Shown one piece after another: positions 53,375 to 64,000 of a stretch of 64,000 nt of DNA; positions within the stretch are counted from its first letter, which is position 1, and every line of letters starts with the position of its first letter. Under the pieces are notes generated by a model. The model was not told where the DNA came from and searched no databases. It worked only from the letters and a program-made list of their open reading frames with translations. The translations under genes were made by a program, and so were the position numbers. The stretch spans positions 3,915,106-3,979,105 of the forward strand of contig CAVNZM010000003.1 of the NCBI GenBank assembly GCA_963693365.1. The letters run 5' to 3'. Origin of the DNA: Amoebidium appalachense (Eukaryota; Protista; Ichthyosporea).

Positions 53375-54010
53375 GTGTGTGTGCGTGTGTGTGTATCTGT
53401 ATAGGTGTGTGTGTGTGTGTGTCTGTGTGTGTGTGCGCGCGCGTATGTGTGTGTCTGTGTGTGTGTATGTGTGTTTGCGTATGTGTGCATTTGAGCGATA
53501 TATATCAGACCTATATTCATAGCAGCCAGGGCAGCCAGCACCCTGTTGTGCTCCTCAAGGGTCAACTTCTCATCATCCTCGTGCCCATCGTCAACACCGC
53601 TGTAGCCCGTGTGCAGCAGCCTGGAAAAAAATAAACAAAAAAAAAAAAAAAAGGGGGGGGGGGGGGGGAAGAAAAAATAAGGGGGAAAAGAGGATTCAGC
53701 AAACAGGTACAAAAAAACAGAGCGAATGTGGACTTGCACAAACAACTGCATCCCCAAATGTTCGTATCCTATCATCTTTCCTCTTTTACTGCCCCCCCCC
53801 CCCCCCCCCCCCCCCCCTTCCTGCCCCTTCTGACCCCTCCCTCCTTTGGTCTCCCCCCCCCCCCCCCCCCCCCCCTTCCCCATTCACCGGCCCCCTCCTA
53901 TGCCGTGTGGTTAGAGATGACTGCAAAACCTGTAAAGCTTGCATATTTATTGAGCCCTGCTACATCATGTGCTCCTGAACTTCCGACAGCTATAGATCAC
54001 CCGTGTGTGC

Positions 54011-54069
<59 letters not shown>

Positions 54070-54431
54070 GTGTGTTTGCGTGTGTGCATGCATGGTGCGT
54101 GTGTGCTTGCATGTGTATGTGTATGTGTGCGTGTGTGTGTGTGTGTGTGCGTGTGTTGTGTGTGTGCGCGCGCGTGTGTTGTACAGATAAAGAAAAGGTA
54201 GGTATTGTGAGGTGGTGATGGTTAGGGCGGTAGTTCGTGTGGGGTGCAGGGCTTCGAATACACAGACCATCATAGATATTGAATTATCTAAAAAACGAGC
54301 TAGTGATCTAATGGGCGGAATCATGCAAGTTCGCAGGGCAGATCAAAAGTTGGCCACCCCCCCTCCCCCCCCCCCCCCCCCCCCCTCCCCCGGCCCCTTT
54401 TCTCTTATGGGGTGTGTAGGGCAGGACAAGG

Positions 54432-54485
<54 letters not shown>

Positions 54486-54556
54486 CGCGTGTGTGTGGGT
54501 GTGCACGCACGCGCGCGCGCGAGTGTGTGTTTTTTCTTTGTTCTTTTTTTTTTTTT

Positions 54557-54587
<31 letters not shown>

Positions 54588-54845
54588 GGGGGTATAAATG
54601 GATGCATGACATACCACGGTGAGTTTTTTATTTCAGTGATCGTTGCGCGCTCTAGCGGCTGCACCACGAGCATGCGCGAGACAAGCTTTCGGAGCTCATC
54701 GGACCATTCATCGGGCATTTGGTACCTGGAAGAAAGGCATGAGGTTGAGTATGGCAGGCAGACAGGCACACAGGAAAGGAAAGGGGGAGGTAGACAGGCA
54801 GGCAGGCTGGCAGGGAGGCAGGCAGGCATGCATGCAGGAAGGGGT

Positions 54846-54893
<48 letters not shown>

Positions 54894-55422
54894 AGGGGTA
54901 GGCAGGCAGGCCGGCAGGCATGGGTAGGCAGGCAGGCATGCAGGAAAGCAGGAAAGGAAAGAGGTGGGATTGACAGGCGGGCAGGCAGGCAGGCAGGCAG
55001 GCAGGCACGGACACACACAACTCCCAACATGGCACCTACACGCACATCAATATTTCTCCAGGATACCTTTAAAAAGAAAAATAAAAAAGTCCCCCCCCGC
55101 TCCCTCTCCCCCACCCACCCACTCACAACAGCCACCCTACACCCACCCACGCCCACCCACTCACCTTGCCTCCATAATCTTAACCAGACTTTCCGAAGGT
55201 GAAGCATCTTCAAAGGGTAGCCGGCCGGCATTGAGCATAAACAGTGTCACTCCAAGTGACCACACATCTGCACCACAAACCAAAGTCAGACTACATACAA
55301 CAGACACCCTCCCCCTGGGCCCCCCTCCCCCACGCCCACCACCAAAGGCATCCCCCCCCCCCCCCCCCCCCTCCAAAAAAAAGGAAAAGAAAAACACGCA
55401 CACCAAAGTCTGCCACGTACTA

Positions 55423-55474
<52 letters not shown>

Positions 55475-55844
55475 AAAAAAAAAGGTCAGCCAACGTACTA
55501 CTATCTCCCCCCCCCCCCCCCCCCCCCCCCCCCTTCCCCCGCCTCCTCCCCCCACACTCCCTCCTCCTCCTCTCTCTCAATCAACCCCGTGTTCCTTTCT
55601 GCACGAAAGAAAAGCAAAGGCTGTGCTCCTACGTCCCACCCCCCCCCCCCTCCCCCGGGGCAGAAAAAAATCAAAACTATTTACGATAAAGAACAAACAC
55701 CCACCGACAGCGGGGCCATCGTATGCGTCACCGAGCAGAACCTCGGGGGCCGAATAGGCCAAGGAGCCACACACAGTCTGCATCATTTCCCCGGGCCCGA
55801 TTTCGCTGCTCATCCCAAAGTCGCTCACCTTTTTTTTTTTTTTT

Positions 55845-55875
<31 letters not shown>

Positions 55876-56922
55876 GGGGACAACAAAGGTGAACATGGAC
55901 GAGAGGAGCAAACCCGATAGTAAGAGGAGGTCTGATGATGTTTTCTGAGGGGGGGGGGCAAGGGAGAGGAAAGAAAAGGCAAAAAGGGGGAGTGGGAGGG
56001 AGGGGCGTGGCGGCGGGGGGGGGGGGGGGGGGGGGGGGAGGGGAGAGAGAGGAGAGAGAGAGAGAAAGAGAAAGAAGGAGTGTGTGAGAAAGGGATAAGG
56101 GAGGAGGGGGGCCAGGGGGGGAGGTGTATACCTCAGAGTTTTGGAAATATCGAGGAGACATCAAGGGGGGGGGGGGGGGGGGGGGGGGAAGGGGGGGAGG
56201 AAGAGAGAGAAACAGAGAGAGGGAGGGAGGGAGGGAGAGTGCGTGTGTGTGCGAGTATGCGTGAAATGAGAATCGGTAAAGTGGCAGCAAGAGGACACAA
56301 GAGAATCGCAAGGAGTGAGAGATACAAATCAGAACGCAAGATGGGGGGAAGTGTGTGTCCGTGTGTGCGTGTGTGCGCGTGCGCGTGTGGAGGGGAAGGG
56401 GTGAAAGGGGGGCGGGAGGGGGGAGGATATGTGTGAGCGTATTTATTTTCAAATAACAGCGACGCTCTCACCTTTAACGTATCGCCACAAAACAAAATGT
56501 TTTCCGGCTTCAGGTCACGGTGGACAATGTGCAGTTCGTGGCAGAACAGCACAGCACACAGCATCTGCTTGAAGTATCTTCTTGCTGTCTCCTCCGGCAA
56601 CCGCCCTTGCTTCTCCAGCTGAAACGAAAATACATTTGTCAATGGCAAACAATTACCCCCCCTCCCCCCCCCCCCCGCCTCCAAACCCCCCTCCCCTCCC
56701 CCCCCCCCCCCCCCCCCCCCACAAACAAATAAACACACATACGCACGCACAACTCTAAAAATACCTACATAAAACAGCAAAAAGCGAAAAAAGAAAAATG
56801 AAAAAAGGGTGAAAGAAAGAGGATCTCGTTGCTGTTTCCTCCGGCTTTTCTAGCCGCAACAAGTGTAACCTTGACACTATACGACAAAACCTCCTCTCCC
56901 TTCTCCCATCCCATACCCCCCC

Positions 56923-56953
<31 letters not shown>

Positions 56954-57003
56954 AAAAAAAAAAAAGAAAAAAAACCTCCACATTTTATTTATTTTACACC
57001 CCC

Positions 57004-57071
<68 letters not shown>

Positions 57072-57361
57072 AAAAGAAGAAGAAAGAAAAAAAAAAGAAA
57101 AGGAGAGAAAGAAAGAAAGAAAGAAGAGTAAGAGCAAGGAACTTAAAAAAAAGAAAAGAGGAGAAGGAAAAGAAATAAAAAATACAGAAGCACCGTGTGC
57201 ATGTGCGGGCAAAGGTAAAGTGCACATGAACAATCACAGATATATCACACATGCACAACCACCACCGACGCCTTGCCTCGTTTATACCAAGTCGTGTGCG
57301 CACACATTCGTGCACACAAGACACGAGTACACACGCACGCACGCACGCACACACACACACA

Positions 57362-57405
<44 letters not shown>

Positions 57406-57906
57406 CACACGCACGCACGCACGCACCCCTTCCTCAGCCTCCCACCTACCCGCGCACAACACACACCCACGTACACACGGCACACAACCGTACAAACGTA
57501 CATGTCCAAGCACAGACACAGGCACATGCAAAGGCAAACACACACAGAGGAGCTCCTACGCCTCCAAAGGAAAAAAGCTTCGGTGGTAGTGGCAGCGGTG
57601 TTTGGTTGGAAAAGGGGGGGAGGTGGGGTGGGGGATGAGGAGAGATTTTACCTTTTCAAACAAATCACCACCATCAGCATATTCCAAAATCAGAAAAAGC
57701 TGCGTGGGCGTCTCTGCCACCTCATAGAGGGAGATGATGTGTGGGTGGTGTAGCAGTTGCATGCACCTCACTTCGTTATACAGACGCGAACGTGTTACGT
57801 CGTCCAGCTTCGTCTTATCGATGATTTTTATTGCCACCTGAAAATGAGACGTGTATATATGTTAACGACTCGTTCTTAGATTCTGATGTCAGCAACGTAC
57901 ATAAAC

Positions 57907-57952
<46 letters not shown>

Positions 57953-58513
57953 GAGAAAGGGGGGGGGGGGAAGGGGGGGAGGGGGGGAGGGAGGTTTTAA
58001 CGATGGTGGCGGTGATTGTGGTGCATGTAGGTGTGATGGTGGTCGTGGAGGTGGAACGAAGGATTAGTGGCAGTGTGTTTGTGTGTGTGTGTGTGTGTGT
58101 GGGCTGGGGGGGGGGGGGGGAAGCATGTTCAAAGTGCATCTTTCGTCTCTGCCCCGTGTCAGAAAGCCCCTCTTTCCGTTGCCCCTTTACACCGATTCAT
58201 ACCTCAAACCGAAACCAGAAGCGAGACAGCAAGAAAAAGACAATACAAGGCGAACCCCTTCTTCAAGGTGTGGCAACCTAGAGCCCCCATGCCTTCCATA
58301 TTTCGTCACTTTTTCCCCGAAAAGATAGAGCGTCTGCAAACTAATTGAATATCTTTTGTACACACACACACACAAACCCTCCCCTCCCCCCCCCTCCCCC
58401 CCCCCCCCCGGCCTGCTCCTCACCCCCCAAAAAACGATATGCAAGCACACCCACAGTATGCTCAAACACAACAGACATGCACACACAGTCATACATGCAG
58501 TCAACACACACAC

Positions 58514-58583
<70 letters not shown>

Positions 58584-59030
58584 AGGCGAGCACCCCTGCT
58601 TGTGCCACACACATTCATAGATACAAACATGCACGCGTGCACACACGTATAGGCAAACACACACACTAATGCGTGCATGCACGCACGCACGAAAGCACAA
58701 GACACACATGCACACACACACCGCACACAGCCAAGCACGGAAACACACACAAACACATACACCACACATATAATATAATATACGCACAAAGCATACCTTC
58801 TCCTTGGTCAAGGCATGCGTTGCCATCTTCACCACTCCAAAGTGACCCCTTCCTATCGTCTCCTTGAAATCATACAACCCAACAAAGTCCCCCCCACTTA
58901 ATTGACGAGGTCGGATCTCCGGGCTTTTCTTTTTCGTTACAACAGCAACACTGCTTGAACCCAGATGTTTGCTTGATGGCGCCATCTGGGGAGCCACCTT
59001 GGCGGCACTCCCCACCAAAACATTTTGCAT
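47865..59030 (-). CDS. SNRK: SNF-related Ser/Thr kinase (SNRK orthologue, AMPK-related family) with UBA-like region and C-terminal CaaX. Exons approx. 59030-58797, 57837-57652, 56618-56472, 55828-55705, 55267-55165, 54725-54615, 53620-53511, 52645-52479, (52271-52215), ~51557-51445, 50745-50571, ~49921-49775, 49178-49095, ~48523-47865
   Basis: [81 protein letters not shown] closely follow animal SNRK; NVATYHLL is UBA-like. The last exon needs a 1-nt correction in a G run. Confidence 0.92.
50127..50361. mobile_element. MITE, Tc1/mariner-like (TA TSD, ~31-bp TIR), in an SNRK intron
   Basis: TA|CAGTCAGCGACATGAAGGCAGACCCAATCAC ... GTGACTGGGTCTGCCTTCATGTTGCTGACTG|TA. Confidence 0.88.
52986..53037 (-). 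mobile_element. Interspersed repeat copy 3 (52-bp 3'-terminal fragment) inside a G/C tract
   Basis: TTGAATGCGTCAAAAAGTACGAAGTACACAAGAACAAACGGATAACACGATG matches the ends of copies 1 and 2. Confidence 0.85.
54790..55006. repeat. (GGCA)n tetranucleotide repeat
   Basis: Direct inspection. Confidence 0.9.
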
Positions 59031-59919
59031 TTTGCCCGCCACAAGCGAATACTTGCTCGAGCAACCTGTGTGATGTTTTATGTAATTCTGACGAGATCCA
59101 GGATATAAGGGAATAACCGTATTACGTATAACGAACCCCTATTACTTTTTCCTATTTCTCTTGAGCTTCGAAAAAAGCTTCGAAAAAAAAGCCTTATACT
59201 ACAGCGTGGCTCATTGTTGATAAGCTGGAAAGTATTGGAAAAAAGGAAAAGCGGTCTAACCCTGTGCAGAAGAGCAAGGTCGTCAATAGATGCGTGAAGC
59301 CTCTTTAAACGAATTTTCACAAAACGTACCAGAAAACGTTGTGTCTTTCATATCCCAAATGTATTATCCGTGGCCCTTTCAATAGAGAATAGCTTCCCGT
59401 CCAAAACAGTTATAACTATGCTCCATACGCCATCTTTCTACTTCCAAATACCTATTCATAATAGGACCGGATACCACCCTCCAAGCCAGGTCTATCCAGA
59501 ACTTTAGGGCAGTGAACGACAACCTTAACTGTAAAATTTCGAATTAGGGTCCTGCAATGATTCTTGTTGAAAGCAAGCAGGTTCGAATATTCGCTGAGTC
59601 AATCAAGGTGAGTCCGCTTTTTTCGTTGTGGCAAGAACACCCGGCAGCATGCCATCTAATGTGTGATCCTAACCCAATAAAAACGCACAAGTTTACTGAA
59701 TGCCATTCACTGAGTCACTACGATTGGATTCTGGTAAAGTAAACTTAGTAGAAGTTGGAAATACGACACAAACAATTAATCTTAAACTTTTGCAGTTGTA
59801 GTTTTAAATTTTTACGATTTTTATATTCTTTTACGAATTTTCTTATACAAAAGTGTGACAAACACTAAAGTATGTGACTGAGCCGAAATGAGTGATCATC
59901 TCGATTCCCGGGATGAGTA

Positions 59920-60305
59920 AAAGTTGGCTCACCAATCAATGCTCGCCTCCCTCACTGGCCTGTTGAAACAAAAGCATGCAATGCAATGCAAGCATAGTGG
60001 CAGACGGGACTCGGCAATTTGATTCGCCAATCGATTTAACCATCGAGTCGGAAATGTTTAACAATTTAAATTCTAATTGAAGATCACATTATTTACTTGA
60101 CCCAGGTCAGCTAAGCATTTTCATTGGATGATCATGCTTGGTGAAGGCTGTCAACAGGCAAGTAAAGCCAACTTTGGAAAGTGTCACGTCATGGCATTCC
60201 ACCTACTGTTTTAGGCTTTCCTTTCCTTGAGCCGATGCAATCGACGTGCAGTAACCAATCATAGCGCTTGATGGTTTTAACATTCTATCATATGATTGGC
60301 TATCT
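59920..60305. promoter_or_regulatory. CCAAT-box-rich unique region upstream of SNRK, possible promoter
   Basis: CCAATC at ~59932, ~60027 and ~60255; ATTGG at ~60124 and ~60295; free of microsatellites. Confidence 0.3.
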
Positions 60306-60778
60306 CATGCTTTACCCATGCTCCTGGGCCACGATGCAGCCGGGGTCAGGGTCCGGGTGCGTCTATGTCGGGAGTTCTTGGGTTATGTTAGTTCCTGTCG
60401 ATACAGTGGACAGCCTAAAGCTGTGCGTGACCTACCCATTTAACAGCGTTTTTACACTAGAAACACAAATCAAAAACGCGGAGTTGCCCTATATTGAGAA
60501 TTAAAAAATAAATAAAACGGATTATGAAAGTATTTGTTGCCGGAGTGTCAAGGTAGGGCACCCCCGCGTTTTTCCTGTCAGTATTGTTGATAATGCTTAT
60601 GTATAGGAGAGATTGGAGGGGGGGAGTGAATGGGGAGGAAGGGGTGGGAGGGGGGAGTGAATGGGGGAGGAAGGGGTGGGAGGGGGAGGGGTGGGGGGGG
60701 GGGGGAGAGGATGGAGGAGGAAGGGAGGGGGGGGGGGGAGGGGGGAGATGATGGAGGAGGCCTAGGAAGGGGTGGGGG

Positions 60779-60810
<32 letters not shown>

Positions 60811-60829
60811 GAGGGAAGGGGAAACAGGC

Positions 60830-63610
<2,781 letters not shown>

Positions 63611-64000
63611 GTTTTTCTCGAGCTCATAGACACGTTGCGATAATAAATCACCTGTCTGTGAGGTTTATTCCTACAGAAGACACCTTTATTGTTACACAGC
63701 ACGCCAGCAACCCCCAAGCAAGGTCTTGCTCCGTAGTCAGATATATTATGTAGTTGCTCAAGGTTTGAGGCAAGGTTTCAACGGCATGATGTCGCTGGGC
63801 GGCCGCCCGTTCGATTCGAATTTTAGTCGTTCAGCCTGAAAAATGCCGCCTCAAAACCACGGCTCTCTAGGACCGCACTCTCCCAATAGTACAAATCTCT
63901 TGCAACGGCGGTCATTGACACTTAAACAGGTTCTTTTTCATTCAAAAAGGTAGTCCTTGCAAACCTTTGTTTGTGTTTCATATTATGGTGTGAAAAAAAA

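Noticed and set aside
63800-63830. tRNA T-loop-like GTTCGATTC
   Set aside because: No cloverleaf or acceptor stem around it.

Overview
Eukaryotic genomic DNA. It is intron-rich and saturated with poly(C)/poly(G), (CA)n and (GA)n tracts, so almost every ORF in the supplied track is low-complexity noise. An SNRK orthologue suggests a unicellular holozoan such as an ichthyosporean (inference). Genes reconstructed by hand-splicing: the 3' half of an ABCC/MRP transporter (+), an intronless secreted protein with two 8-Cys repeats (+), a 13-exon membrane-anchored protein with a C-terminal alginate-lyase (PF05426/PL5-like) domain lacking the catalytic NNH motif (-), SDHAF1/Sdh6 (-), an intronless secreted GH114 (-), SNRK kinase (-), and a few weak hypothetical genes. 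Several MITEs are present. The most interesting non-genic signal is a young, structured repeat in three variably 5'-truncated copies with a common 3' end, each embedded in an intronic C-tract. It is a candidate poly(C)-targeting or poly(C)-tailed non-LTR retroelement. Also notable: splice acceptors fed directly by (CA)n or poly(A) instead of a pyrimidine tract, and local duplications of exon ends, one forming a new in-frame 57-nt exon. All coordinates were counted by eye and may be off by a few bases.
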